Part shown: positions 1-10,623 of the stretch, one piece after another
Layout: every line of letters begins with the position of its first letter
How positions within the stretch are numbered: the stretch's first letter is position 1
DNA from: a bacterium
Lineage (GTDB): Bacteria; Zhuqueibacterota; Zhuqueibacteria; Residuimicrobiales; Krinioviventaceae
DNA length: 64,000 bases
Assembly: GCA_963693055.1 (NCBI GenBank)
Contig: OY843751.1
Location: 5,664,001-5,728,000, forward strand
Direction: 5' to 3'
The notes under the pieces: model-generated
What the model was told of the DNA's origin: nothing
What the model saw: the letters and a program-made list of their open reading frames with translations, nothing else
The model's database searches: none
Made by a program: the position numbers and the translations under genes

Positions 1-1402
1 TTACAGCAATCATCAGCAATGAATCAAGCGCAGCACCACCAGCTTTTGTAACTTGCCCGGAAATGGATCCGCCTGCATCCAATTGAAAATTAATATTTCC
101 TGTTTCCTGTTCTTCTACAACTTGAACAGGTGTAGCATTGGCAAATAGATGCGCATTATTGTAAAATTCGCCAAGGTAATTATCAGAATCAAACAATTCA
201 CCAAGATAATCATCTGCATAAAGATAATAGCTGCCTGCAGGCAGATCTTCAATTGTATAACTTCCAAGTAGCGCTAATCCTAAACCGGCAAAACTCATAT
301 CTTCTGCGTCATAAGCAACAACAACACTCAACAAAGGAGGGAACATTGCTCCGGTTGCTGTAATTCCGCCGGAAATAGAACCGGTTAGTTCTGTCTCACT
401 ACCTGTACTTTGTAGATTAAAGTTAATATCTGTAATGACATCATCATAACTGCTAATAGAAATAGATTGACCATTTTGCCAGTCCACTTGATCTGGGTAC
501 CAGGCCTCTCCATCCGTATCATAACTGGATGCATGTATCTTGACATCTCCTATAAACGGAACCATCAAATCATCAAATGCTCCTGTACCATCGGTAGAAA
601 CATATTGATAAGAAACCTGCATAGGAGAGTTTACTTTGGTTACGGTTATATCAACTCCGTCCCACTCGAGAGGTGTTACTCCATCAGCTTGATAAATAAC
701 TCCACTGATCATTGCACCTGATTGCAGGTCAAAATCAATACCTGTTACAACAGAACCACTTACACTTACCGTTGTTGCAGAACGCCAGGTTTCAAGAGAT
801 CTTAATGGTGCCTGAATATTATCATAAATCTCATCGACGTATGTCTGGCTCAGTGTCAACACATAATACTCACCATCCGGCAAACCGGCAATTTCATACT
901 CTGTATCATAATAATCCAGCATTGCGGCACCGGCATAGTATCCAAAAGCATCAAATGCTATTATCAGCACTTCGTTTTCAAAAGCGCTACCATCAACCTG
1001 AACAGAACCGCTAATACCACCATCAGCTTCAATGGTTTTCAATTGTTCTTGATCAGTAAATTGTTGATAAACATCTGCAATTGAACTTTTTGCTGCCAGT
1101 TCATATACAGCCCGGGTGAATTGTGGTACCAACAAATCAGGAGTACTGTTTTCCTGCACATCTTTGTCGATTTTCAGACGTGTAGCGCCTGACTTTAATG
1201 AATTTATCAACGAACGATCGAGCGGGCCAACAGCAGCACTCAGAGACTGCCGGACTGCTTTAAAGTCCATGGAATTCGTTGTTGTAGTTATATTTTCAGC
1301 AATATTTTTGGCCTGGGGAGCAACTTGTGCGGCAAATCCAGACATCCATATTCCCAGTAACAACAATACCGCTGATGAAAAAATCAGTCTTTTAAACTTC
1401 AT
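1..1402 (-). CDS. Secreted protein with carboxypeptidase-regulatory-like (CnaB/prealbumin-fold) repeats; runs off the window edge
   Basis: Not in the ORF track. Read manually: ATG at 1402 after a GGAGAG RBS, then the signal peptide MKFKRLIFSSAVLLLLGIWMSGFAAQ. Repeated GxISGxV...Y(T/E)IxxLPxGxYY...IxFxL units. Frame stays open to position 1. Confidence 0.75.
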   Translation of the reverse strand, partial: MKFKRLIFSSAVLLLLGIWMSGFAAQVAPQAKNIAENITTTTNSMDFKAVRQSLSAAVGPLDRSLINSLKSGATRLKIDKDVQENSTPDLLVPQFTRAVYELAAKSSIADVYQQFTDQEQLKTIEADGGISGSVQVDGSAFENEVLIIAFDAFGYYAGAAMLDYYDTEYEIAGLPDGEYYVLTLSQTYVDEIYDNIQAPLRSLETWRSATTVSVSGSVVTGIDFDLQSGAMISGVIYQADGVTPLEWDGVDITVTKVNSPMQVSYQYVSTDGTGAFDDLMVPFIGDVKIHASSYDTDGEAWYPDQVDWQNGQSISISSYDDVITDINFNLQSTGSETELTGSISGGITATGAMFPPLLSVVVAYDAEDMSFAGLGLALLGSYTIEDLPAGSYYLYADDYLGELFDSDNYLGEFYNNAHLFANATPVQVVEEQETGNINFQLDAGGSISGQVTKAGGAALDSLLMIAV

Positions 1403-1518
1403 TGCAACTCTCCATTTTGTTAAATATTAAAAACCCATAAATGCAAACATTTTTGGGTCGTAGTTAATTCCGTTTCAAGTTAGTAAATCTATAAGAAAAA
1501 AAAATGCTTTAGGTCACA

Positions 1519-2169
1519 TTATTGTATAAATTGAAGGGTATTGTTCTCTTTATAAAAGAAATTATCTGATTTGAATTTCAATTCAGTCTCCCCAAACCCC
1601 AATACATTCATAAACACATCAAAAATACGATTTTGCCCGCTTTTTTTGGGCTTTTCTTTATCATCACTCCTTGAGGGGCCAGATAGCCATTCGCTCAATT
1701 CATGATAAGTTTCCGCCGAAACAGGCTTTAATGTGGTTTGGATGCTAATATAATATTTCGTACCAGACTCTAGCTCATCTACCGGTAGAATCATATAATT
1801 CCTGATCAAAGAACTCATATCTCTTACCGTTTGCACCTGCGATGTCAATCGATTTTCATCATCAGTCACAATTCTGAATTTATCTTCCCAGTTGTCGTAT
1901 AAAATTTTAACCGTTATTACTTTTTCAGTACTAATTGAGCTAAAGAGCTTTTTACTTTTCCACAATCTAATCTTGTGAATGACTTCAGAAGTTAACCCCC
2001 TTTCAAGGCCCTGAATGGTTTTTGCGTCCAATAATCCATCTATGTGATAACTGATGTACAATTGATCATTATTAACATTCAAACTATCCAATGTTATTTT
2101 TCGGTCTGCTGCCTGAACAGCAATGCCCAAAATCAATACCAGTCCGAATATTAGATAAATTTTTCTCAT
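1519..2169 (-). CDS. DUF4390-like periplasmic protein
   Basis: Signal peptide from MRKIYLIFG (ATG 2169). The GLERGLTSEV...YDNWEDKF...YYISIQTTL pattern resembles DUF4390. Confidence 0.6.
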   Translation of the reverse strand: MRKIYLIFGLVLILGIAVQAADRKITLDSLNVNNDQLYISYHIDGLLDAKTIQGLERGLTSEVIHKIRLWKSKKLFSSISTEKVITVKILYDNWEDKFRIVTDDENRLTSQVQTVRDMSSLIRNYMILPVDELESGTKYYISIQTTLKPVSAETYHELSEWLSGPSRSDDKEKPKKSGQNRIFDVFMNVLGFGETELKFKSDNFFYKENNTLQFIQ

Positions 2170-2176
2170 CAGTCCA

Positions 2177-3040
2177 TTACGGGATTTTAACACATTCAAA
2201 GGCTATCCACTCTTCTCTGTGCAGTAATTGCTTTATTTGAAAACGGTTTTGAATTAAAGCCGCTCTCAACTTTTCTTCTTCACTGTCCAAAATGCCGGAT
2301 AAAATTAAAACACCTTTTTCACACAATAATTCATTAAAATGCGGTAAAATATTCAAAATTTGACCGCTGTTTATATTTGCTACAATAATATCCAGTTCTT
2401 TGTTTTTCAGGGATTGTGTTGTACCTGTAAACACATGAATATCACTAACACCGTTTTTGTCGATATTCTTTCTTGCCGTCTCAGAAGCAATAGGATCAAT
2501 ATCAAAAGCAAAACTCTTTGCCGCCCCTAGTCTCTGGGCAATAATTGCCAGTATACCTGTGCCTGTGCCCGCATCCAATACAGTTTTGTCTTTAACATGT
2601 TCATCTATCAATTGTGCACATAACGCGGTTGTAGCATGGGTGCCGGTGCCAAATGCCATCTCGGGATCGAGTTCTATTATTATTTCCGGGTGATCTTCCG
2701 GTAATTCACACCATGTTGGCTTTATCATCACCTGGGGTGTTACACAAAATGGCTTGAATTGCAGCTTCCATTCAGCGTTCCAATCACGGTCTTTAATGCC
2801 AGATACGGTTAACTCCTGATCAGGTACCGTAAACCCCATATCAACTAAGGATTGATAATATGCTTTTAATTCTTTCAGTAAATAATCTTTATCAATAGCA
2901 TCAGAAAAATATGCCTTAATCTTTTGCTCTTTATCTTCAATACCGGCTGCTCCTTGTTCGAACAAAAAATTGCTGACAGCATCAGAAATTTCTGCGTTCA
3001 CAGGAACAACCAGCTCAAACCACTCTGTATTTTGTGTCAT
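2177..3040 (-). CDS. prmA: Ribosomal protein L11 methyltransferase
   Basis: DWNAEWK, LDPEMAFGTGTHATT, VLDAGTGTGILAI, DIIVANI and LILSGIL motifs. Confidence 0.95.
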   Translation of the reverse strand: MTQNTEWFELVVPVNAEISDAVSNFLFEQGAAGIEDKEQKIKAYFSDAIDKDYLLKELKAYYQSLVDMGFTVPDQELTVSGIKDRDWNAEWKLQFKPFCVTPQVMIKPTWCELPEDHPEIIIELDPEMAFGTGTHATTALCAQLIDEHVKDKTVLDAGTGTGILAIIAQRLGAAKSFAFDIDPIASETARKNIDKNGVSDIHVFTGTTQSLKNKELDIIVANINSGQILNILPHFNELLCEKGVLILSGILDSEEEKLRAALIQNRFQIKQLLHREEWIAFECVKIP

Positions 3041-3112
3041 TTATACGTACTTTTCCCTTCAAGGTTACTATATATAAAGGCTAATTTAAAAACTTTAATG
3101 GAAAAAAAGAAC

Positions 3113-4006
3113 TTATTTTTCTGAATAAATGAGGTGTGTTAACAACAGTCCCATACTACCCAAACTTTCAGGACTGCATTTGTCAGGGGTGTCACTAATA
3201 GTATGCCAATAGGGATAGTCAAAATCTATAATATCAATACAGGGGATACCCGCTCTGAGGAACGCGATATGATCATCGTTTACTGAAAATTTTACGCTGG
3301 GTATAAAATTGCTCAAACCCAATTCAGACGCCATTTTCCATACATGGTTTACAATCGGGCCGGCAACCTGTGCAGAATAGGCTTCCTGGTACACCTGCAG
3401 GTCGGCATCGCCAACCAGATCAAGCAATATGCCATACCGGGGATACAATTCATTCCTAAATTCCTCTACAAATTTCTGAGAACCTACCGCCCAACTGCTT
3501 TCATCATTATATTGACCGGCATCTTCGGCATCAAAAAAGACGATATCTACACCAACTGCCGGGGGGTGTTCATGCAGCAACCTGGCGATCTCTAATAAAA
3601 CCGCAACACCTGAGGCACCATCGTTTGCCCCAATTACCGGTTTTTTGTGGTTCTTTTTATCAGGATCCTGGTCTGCCCAGGGACGGGTGTCCCAATGTGC
3701 GCATAACAAAATCCGGTTTGTTTTTTGCGGTTGAAATTTGGCATATACATTAAAAGCAGTTACCGTTTTAGCAGGAACACCAAAAGAAAACATAAAAGGT
3801 TGGGTAATGACCTGGTCTGCGTATTGTTCCATCGTTGTCTTGAGAAAATCAAGACATTGCTTATGTTCCGGTGTTCCCGGTACCCTGGGACCAAAATCGC
3901 ATTGTTTTACCAGCATTTCAAAAGAGCGATCTTTATCAAAATAGGGTACCTGTCCGAATACAGACATTGTCAAGCTCGATATAATGATTATAATCAACTT
4001 TTTCAT
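3113..4006 (-). CDS. M28 family peptidase (glutaminyl cyclase-like), exported
   Basis: GPRVPGT, AHWDTR, GANDGASGVAVLLE, DAED, DDH and YWHT zinc-ligand motifs; signal peptide. Confidence 0.9.
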   Translation of the reverse strand: MKKLIIIIISSLTMSVFGQVPYFDKDRSFEMLVKQCDFGPRVPGTPEHKQCLDFLKTTMEQYADQVITQPFMFSFGVPAKTVTAFNVYAKFQPQKTNRILLCAHWDTRPWADQDPDKKNHKKPVIGANDGASGVAVLLEIARLLHEHPPAVGVDIVFFDAEDAGQYNDESSWAVGSQKFVEEFRNELYPRYGILLDLVGDADLQVYQEAYSAQVAGPIVNHVWKMASELGLSNFIPSVKFSVNDDHIAFLRAGIPCIDIIDFDYPYWHTISDTPDKCSPESLGSMGLLLTHLIYSEK

Positions 4007-4020
4007 AAACAAACCACTAC

Positions 4021-7000
4021 CTAGTTACCACGAATAGCAATATTAACGGTTATACCCAATTCCTTATAAGAGGTATCACCCAGCAACTTGTTGTGCGTTT
4101 TACCGACCTCAAAGAACAATCCACCGCGCACCTTGTCACTGAAACTGTAATTTACATCAGGTTTCAACATCCACTTGCTGGTTTCCGAAGTCGTTGTAAA
4201 GTTGATACCGTTTTTACTATCGTCCTGTTTGTTCAAACTTTGAGAATAGGTCAAAGAGATATCTATATTATTTTTCAAACGTTTGTTACCAAAGAATGGC
4301 AGAGGTATTTTAAAGTTGCCGCGTTTTGAATAGGTTGCGGTTACTGAGATATCATTTGAAATTGTATTCTTGATTGTCTGACTATAAGACCTGTTGATCA
4401 ACTGTTTGTCAGAGGTATTGTATTTGAAATTCAAAGAAATACCATTTTTCATGGCCATGGTAACACCAATCAATGGTCTGAAACTGTTATCCATATCTTC
4501 TTTGGTGATATTTTCATACATAACGCCATCTGAATCTGCTTCAACATCAAACGTTTCACCGGTAGAGCCGGTAAAGTTGTGATCAAGGGTTACACGCGTA
4601 AAATAGTCTTTCACGAATGGTAACTTTTCAAATCCTTTCACAGATACCGTCCAACCCGGGAAAGGCCCGCCAACATCTTTATAATAACTGTTACTCCGTT
4701 GACCGGTTGTGGTTTTACTGCTGGTGTTCAAGCTTGAATTTTGATCGTATTTGAATCTGAATGTTACGTTTCTACTTATCTTTAATCCGGAATTCACACT
4801 GGTACTCTTGGATTCGCTGCTGGAGCCACGGTTAAAACTGGAGGTACTACCTTCACCGCTCAACAAAGCCTCCTCAATGCCGGCCCCGGTAGTGTCTGTA
4901 ATACCAAACTGGTAACTCAGAGTAGGCATACCCGCCAAACCATATTCAGATACATTATCTCTGGTGTTGTATGAAATTCTAAATGGTTCAAATACATTTA
5001 AAAATCCGGCAGTCCATTTCATTACATCTATATTTATAGTCCTACCTTCTTTTTCTTCCTCTTGCTTTTCTTCGCCATTGGCAGGTTTTGGCCGGGCTGC
5101 ACGTGCACCACCTGATTTTCTGCCACGTGCGCCACCACCTGGCTTGTAAATGGTATTGGCAAGCGTGCTTAGCGTCAAATCTCCACTAGCGGACAAGGTA
5201 CGATTCTGACTGGCGCTACGCGGAGCAAGCGCCTGTTGTTTATTGTAACCATATTTAAACGTTGTATTGTATGTAAAGTTTGTTGTAAACCATGAAAATA
5301 TCTTGGGGTTAAACTTCATATTAAAAGAATTGTCAACATTGGTCAACAGACCCCATTTAAACTCTTGCAGCATGATTTGCAATGTATCCATATTCACACC
5401 ACGCAGATCATGGGTGTAAGATCGGTTAAGATCGTATGACCACGAGTCGGTAATATTCATTGTCATGGCATACTTGCGAGACATTACAAACGTACCATTT
5501 TTAGTACTCACTCCCGAATAGGTTAAAGAGTTGTTCTTGTTGCGAGAACTTGCATGTGAAGTTGTAATGGTTTTAGGACTGAAATACAACTTCATATCTG
5601 CCAATTTCATCAATAACGGAGATGTACCCAGCCATTTCATAGGTTTAACATAATTGTTCTGACCAAACGTGAGTCCCCAGGTCACACTACCCGATTCTGA
5701 GGTATTGTTTGCATGCTCGGTACTCGCGTTTTTGCTAAATGTCTCGTTACGGCTATATGTAACCTTTAATGGCGTAACAATATGCTTGACCATAAAATTT
5801 TTGGAGCGGGAATTGATGCCAAAGGACACATTCATACCTTTGCGTTCGCTTATAGTCTTGATAGAGTCCAGGGTTGCCTCTGGCAAATCATTGTTTACTT
5901 CAATATCCGTACCCGGAATGTACTTGGGTGATTCTTCACTCTTGGAATACGTAACCGTTACCGGCATTCGAAGACCCAATTTGGAAGGCACAAAATTGCC
6001 CAACTGGACCGTGGTACTAATGTTTCCACTGATCTCATTATCGCCGGAACCAAACCGCTCCTGAACATTATGGAAATCGGCATCCATTTTGTTCATTTCC
6101 GCGTTCACTGTTACCAGATCGGCCAATTTAAAAGCTACCTGGCCACGCATAGCCATACCTTTATCTTTTTTCACATTAGATAAACGCAATTCATTCAACC
6201 AGATCTCACCGGTAAAAGGTCCGTAATCCTGCCTATCACTATTTTCAGTCCAATGTTTATTTTCCACACCAGCAGAAAGCATACGTATCTTTGTCAGGGC
6301 CGGGTTACCCTTGAGTTTCCAGACCACCCCGCTTCCGATGTTCTTTTCCCGTATAGTAATATTCACATTATTCGGATCTGTATAAGATGTGTCAGCGGTA
6401 ACTTTTAATTGCGAAAGCGCTATCAGATCCACTTCCATATTGTTCTTTTTCCAGCCCTCGTATACAGGTTGCCGGATTTCATAATAGTTGTTCTCATCCG
6501 CCCCCATTCGCAGATAGACCTCAATATTGGTAGAGTCTGCTCCTATATGTCTGGCCGAATAGTCATAACCGTAAATAAACATCTTTAAAGTTTTATAATT
6601 AATATAACTCTGGGCTTCATAAAATGTTTTTTCAATACCACCAATATAACCGGGCTTTAAATCAGTAACCCGCATTACAAGGGATTGCTCTTTGGCAATA
6701 ACCTGGGTTATCTGATCAACTTCACCCTGAACACCCGGAGGTGCATCGTATTCCGGATTATCGTGTGTATTGACAACGGTAACTGTTACGGTAGAATCCT
6801 GGTCCACATCAAAAGAATCTGGTTTTGTATAGTACGCCAAACCTTTTTCTTTCCAGTCGCTGCTCACCAAGTTGATTTCCGCAATCTGGATCACATGACG
6901 GCCCGGAACATTAAATCCATCAACCCAGATACGCATATATTCAATCAAAGACAAATCCGGATTTCCAATAATAGACATTACCGGTTCTTGTGCCTGTATA

Positions 7001-10000
7001 GGTATTCTATACATACGCCAACCCCAGTCATCACCGGTATCATTATCAATACTCTTACCGGCAATCAAACTGGTATCGGGATGGTTTCGGTTCAATGAAA
7101 AAGAATAAGAGAAATAGTTATTGTCTACATCCAAGCCACCATTACCGTTCAAATCCTCGCTGTCGGGTTCTCGAACACCATCATCTTCATTATTTTCCGT
7201 ACCATCTATATATTTATAATCAACGGGCTCTTTGGTATTATTGATATCCGGTACATTACGCCAGTTATCATTACTAAAGGGTTCAAAATAATCCTTAATA
7301 TTATTATTATTCAAGTCCCAAAAGTCACCACCTGCAGCTTCAGCCCGTTTATCACTGTCGCTCATACCGTCAAGGCCCACATCTTCACCTTCATCCAGCA
7401 AACCATTACGAATACCGCCCTTGCCGTCAATTGCACCTTCGGCAATATCTTCAGTATCATACTTGTTATTTGGAATAATATCTTCAGAGATCTGACCCAT
7501 GTCAATATGCATGGTAGCATTACCTGTTGTATTAAAAGAAGAGTCAACCTTGACCCAGATCTCTAAAAATTTAGTTTCAGTCTGGTCAGAATAACCGGAT
7601 GACAGGCCTTTCATAATACCGTTCCAATAATTTTCCAATGCTGCCGCACTGTCTGGCGCGTCATAAACCAGATTTAAAATATTGAGACTATTGTTCACAT
7701 TGGTGTTCTGATCACGGTTCGGCCAGATATACTTCATGGGATACGCGGCGTAAGGAGTATAATAATACATACTTGCTCGCTCACGCAAATCCGGTGTACC
7801 ATAATCAAACTTTCCAACCGGAGGAGAACAAAACTCCCAACTTTGGTGGGTAATACCAATGGGTGTTTCACGTTTGGATGCTTCAAAATCATCAATATAA
7901 GCCACACCGTCCGTGTCGCCGGTCAAATCGTTGTTACGAGTATTGGGATTTGGAATAATCTGGGCAATTTCACCATCAAATTTTAAAGTAGACTGTTCGC
8001 GCGTATCTACAAACGGTAAAAAGTTGGCAAAACGAGTAAGGAAAAAAGGTTTAAATGACAGAGAGGTGTTCACGTCCCAAACCATATTGCGCATGGGGCC
8101 CTTGCCTACTCTAACTTTTTGATCCAGAGTATTTTCACTCAGGTATAAAAAGGTAGCGCCAATAAAGCTTTCGTCCCATAAACCATATTCCGCGCGCAAT
8201 CCCATAACGGTTTTTTTATCTATCTGAAAGAGCTGGTTGCTCTCGTAAGAGATTTCGAGGTTTGCGTTTGCTGCCAACGCAGCGTCATTCAAGATCATCA
8301 ATCGACCCGAGAAATAGTCAATGGTATAATCAGACCCACGGGCCAGCTTGACTCCGTTCAGCAATACTTCTTCTGAATTTTCAATCACATTCATACCCAG
8401 ACTGTATTCTGAACTGCTGGTCTGCGAATTCACCTGAATATAAAAATTGCTGTTTGAATTGATTACATTGGTTGCGGTTGTATCATAAATTTCGGGCTCA
8501 AGCAACTTGTCACGGATATCATCTTTGAGTAAATCGTACATTTCCTTATTCTCTGGACGAGCAGGATCAAACGGCCTCAAATCCGGAAAAAAGACCTCGC
8601 CGGTAGCAAAGCTGATAAGGGCATCATTCATATCCACCTTGTTATCAGGATTGGCATCTCCGTTTTCATCATATTTATCCAAACCAAAGAACTGCAGCCA
8701 GGTCATGGTTGTACCATCTTTCAGCTCTACCGTTTCCTGATCAACACCCGAAGACGGTTTGTAAAAGATCTTCATCTCAAATCCGTCAGGCGTAGTGCCC
8801 CGACCAAAATCATAAACGTTCTTCCACTCCAGGTCCCATGTCTTGTCTGCGGGACGTGGATCTTTGTTTTTGATCATACGCAAATACAATGTATCCGATA
8901 CTTCGGGGTTAAAGTCCAAAGAGCCCCATTCGTTTCCGGAATTGTCTTTATAGGTAATACCCAGCACCTGATCATCACTCAACCGCTGGTTCAGTCGAAT
9001 AAAACCCAATTGTTCATCAAAAGTATAATCCTGGTTTTTTTGCAGCTTTACAAAAAAGCCCCTGTATTTATCACGGTCAGCTTCCGGGTGATATTCATCA
9101 AGCGGTGTATCTACACCATCCGGTATAACTTTGGCAACACCAGCCACAGATTCAGTTCTTCCTGATTCATAATTGGTACCAGACACATACAGATCAAAAT
9201 CCGTGATCTCATAAGCAGGATTAAAAGTCAAGCCCCCCTGGGCTGTACGGGTTTTATACTGTTCTCTGTATTGCTCACTTACAAAATAATATACACCGGT
9301 TTTATACTGATAATCTTGAATTTTGGAAGCTTCTGCAGATGCACCACCACTCAATTCAAGCCGTTTTTTCTCGCCTTTTTCCTGGCTGGCTATGGCGGTT
9401 AATTTCAAAGCACCAATAGTGGCTTCGGTTTTAATACCAAACAGACCATTGCTCTGGCCGCCAAAGGTCACAAATTTTGTTCCCGGCAAAGAAAGGGCTA
9501 TATTACCAGCCTCAATAGACTGAACAATTTCATCTTCATAGCCTTCATATTTCAGTTTTATATTGTTATCAAAATCAAAAGTACGTTCAGAGTCCTGATC
9601 AATTCCAATAGTAACCTTGTCACCAATGTGTCCCTGTACTTTGAACCGCTGGGTTTGTTCCATCTTAAAGCTATTGTCTGAACCACGGTTCAGCGCACTT
9701 TTAACTTCGGAACGGTCTTCGTTTCTAAACCCGCCCTTGATGTTGATCTCGCCGCTAACATCCAGACCTACGGTACCGCTACCAAAGATCTGCTGAAAAG
9801 CTTTACTCTTGATCTCAACCGGTATATCGATGCGAAATCCGGCGCTGCCGCCGCTGCGCCTTGATGTTGCTGTTAAACTGCTTACAGATGACTGCAGCCA
9901 GCTTTCTTTCAACTCGTATAGACGACGTGTTTCAACATATTGCTCAAGCGTTAAAAAATTTCCCAGGTTAAAATCCATATTACCCATTTTTTCAGTAATA

Positions 10001-10335
10001 TTGACATTCTGACCCGTGGAATCAATTTCAACTTCACGTTTGATACTTCCCCCCATTGATTTGCTCAGGGGTCTAATAGGTGTACGCGCACCATTCATAT
10101 GCAGCCCCATGAATGGTTTTTCGGAAATAATATCCACCAACGGGTCCCAATGTTCCGGAAGTTGTATACCTAAAGCAGGATTTTGATAGGTCTCTTGAGC
10201 TTGTATAGAGGATGGCAGGAACATACCAATCCACAACAGCAATATAATGGCAGGTTTAGGCCCCTGCGCTCTGACCCTGTTAATAAAAAGAACCATGTGC
10301 TTACAATCAATCAGGTGAGTCTGTTCGTTAATCAC
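4021..10335 (-). CDS. sprA: Type IX secretion system outer-membrane translocon SprA/Sov
   Basis: 2104 aa. Motifs FDFDNNIKLKYEGYEDEIVQSIEAGNI, DYTIDYFSGRL, AYIDDFE, DMGQISEDI and GEIWLNELRL; beta-barrel C-terminus. True start may be 10296. Confidence 0.92.
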   Translation of the reverse strand: MINEQTHLIDCKHMVLFINRVRAQGPKPAIILLLWIGMFLPSSIQAQETYQNPALGIQLPEHWDPLVDIISEKPFMGLHMNGARTPIRPLSKSMGGSIKREVEIDSTGQNVNITEKMGNMDFNLGNFLTLEQYVETRRLYELKESWLQSSVSSLTATSRRSGGSAGFRIDIPVEIKSKAFQQIFGSGTVGLDVSGEINIKGGFRNEDRSEVKSALNRGSDNSFKMEQTQRFKVQGHIGDKVTIGIDQDSERTFDFDNNIKLKYEGYEDEIVQSIEAGNIALSLPGTKFVTFGGQSNGLFGIKTEATIGALKLTAIASQEKGEKKRLELSGGASAEASKIQDYQYKTGVYYFVSEQYREQYKTRTAQGGLTFNPAYEITDFDLYVSGTNYESGRTESVAGVAKVIPDGVDTPLDEYHPEADRDKYRGFFVKLQKNQDYTFDEQLGFIRLNQRLSDDQVLGITYKDNSGNEWGSLDFNPEVSDTLYLRMIKNKDPRPADKTWDLEWKNVYDFGRGTTPDGFEMKIFYKPSSGVDQETVELKDGTTMTWLQFFGLDKYDENGDANPDNKVDMNDALISFATGEVFFPDLRPFDPARPENKEMYDLLKDDIRDKLLEPEIYDTTATNVINSNSNFYIQVNSQTSSSEYSLGMNVIENSEEVLLNGVKLARGSDYTIDYFSGRLMILNDAALAANANLEISYESNQLFQIDKKTVMGLRAEYGLWDESFIGATFLYLSENTLDQKVRVGKGPMRNMVWDVNTSLSFKPFFLTRFANFLPFVDTREQSTLKFDGEIAQIIPNPNTRNNDLTGDTDGVAYIDDFEASKRETPIGITHQSWEFCSPPVGKFDYGTPDLRERASMYYYTPYAAYPMKYIWPNRDQNTNVNNSLNILNLVYDAPDSAAALENYWNGIMKGLSSGYSDQTETKFLEIWVKVDSSFNTTGNATMHIDMGQISEDIIPNNKYDTEDIAEGAIDGKGGIRNGLLDEGEDVGLDGMSDSDKRAEAAGGDFWDLNNNNIKDYFEPFSNDNWRNVPDINNTKEPVDYKYIDGTENNEDDGVREPDSEDLNGNGGLDVDNNYFSYSFSLNRNHPDTSLIAGKSIDNDTGDDWGWRMYRIPIQAQEPVMSIIGNPDLSLIEYMRIWVDGFNVPGRHVIQIAEINLVSSDWKEKGLAYYTKPDSFDVDQDSTVTVTVVNTHDNPEYDAPPGVQGEVDQITQVIAKEQSLVMRVTDLKPGYIGGIEKTFYEAQSYINYKTLKMFIYGYDYSARHIGADSTNIEVYLRMGADENNYYEIRQPVYEGWKKNNMEVDLIALSQLKVTADTSYTDPNNVNITIREKNIGSGVVWKLKGNPALTKIRMLSAGVENKHWTENSDRQDYGPFTGEIWLNELRLSNVKKDKGMAMRGQVAFKLADLVTVNAEMNKMDADFHNVQERFGSGDNEISGNISTTVQLGNFVPSKLGLRMPVTVTYSKSEESPKYIPGTDIEVNNDLPEATLDSIKTISERKGMNVSFGINSRSKNFMVKHIVTPLKVTYSRNETFSKNASTEHANNTSESGSVTWGLTFGQNNYVKPMKWLGTSPLLMKLADMKLYFSPKTITTSHASSRNKNNSLTYSGVSTKNGTFVMSRKYAMTMNITDSWSYDLNRSYTHDLRGVNMDTLQIMLQEFKWGLLTNVDNSFNMKFNPKIFSWFTTNFTYNTTFKYGYNKQQALAPRSASQNRTLSASGDLTLSTLANTIYKPGGGARGRKSGGARAARPKPANGEEKQEEEKEGRTINIDVMKWTAGFLNVFEPFRISYNTRDNVSEYGLAGMPTLSYQFGITDTTGAGIEEALLSGEGSTSSFNRGSSSESKSTSVNSGLKISRNVTFRFKYDQNSSLNTSSKTTTGQRSNSYYKDVGGPFPGWTVSVKGFEKLPFVKDYFTRVTLDHNFTGSTGETFDVEADSDGVMYENITKEDMDNSFRPLIGVTMAMKNGISLNFKYNTSDKQLINRSYSQTIKNTISNDISVTATYSKRGNFKIPLPFFGNKRLKNNIDISLTYSQSLNKQDDSKNGINFTTTSETSKWMLKPDVNYSFSDKVRGGLFFEVGKTHNKLLGDTSYKELGITVNIAIRGN

Positions 10336-10623
10336 TCTAATGAATTAAAAAAAACCGTAACCTAACGAATGTCTATAAGCCTCTCCCTCTTTGGTCCAAC
10401 ATAACAGTATTTTGCTGTTGTGATTTAATTTCAGAACAAATATATAATTTCATCATATAATAAATTGTAATCTTGTGCACAATTGCTTATATTTTATCGT
10501 TTGTTCCTGTACAATAGTTCCCGAAAATACAAAAGTATTTTCAAAAAAAGTCACAGGAACACAAATATAGTTAATTAATGCAATTTTATCAATCAATTTC
10601 TTGATTTTATTATCGGATTAACC

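Noticed and set aside
467-1430. Plus-strand short ORFs here, and the many antisense ORFs across the track
   Set aside because: They are shadows of longer, motif-supported genes on the opposite strand or in another frame.
10500-10565. Hairpin TGTTCCTGT...ACAGGAACA between sprA and lptF
   Set aside because: Single imperfect inverted repeat in AT-rich promoter DNA with no further support.
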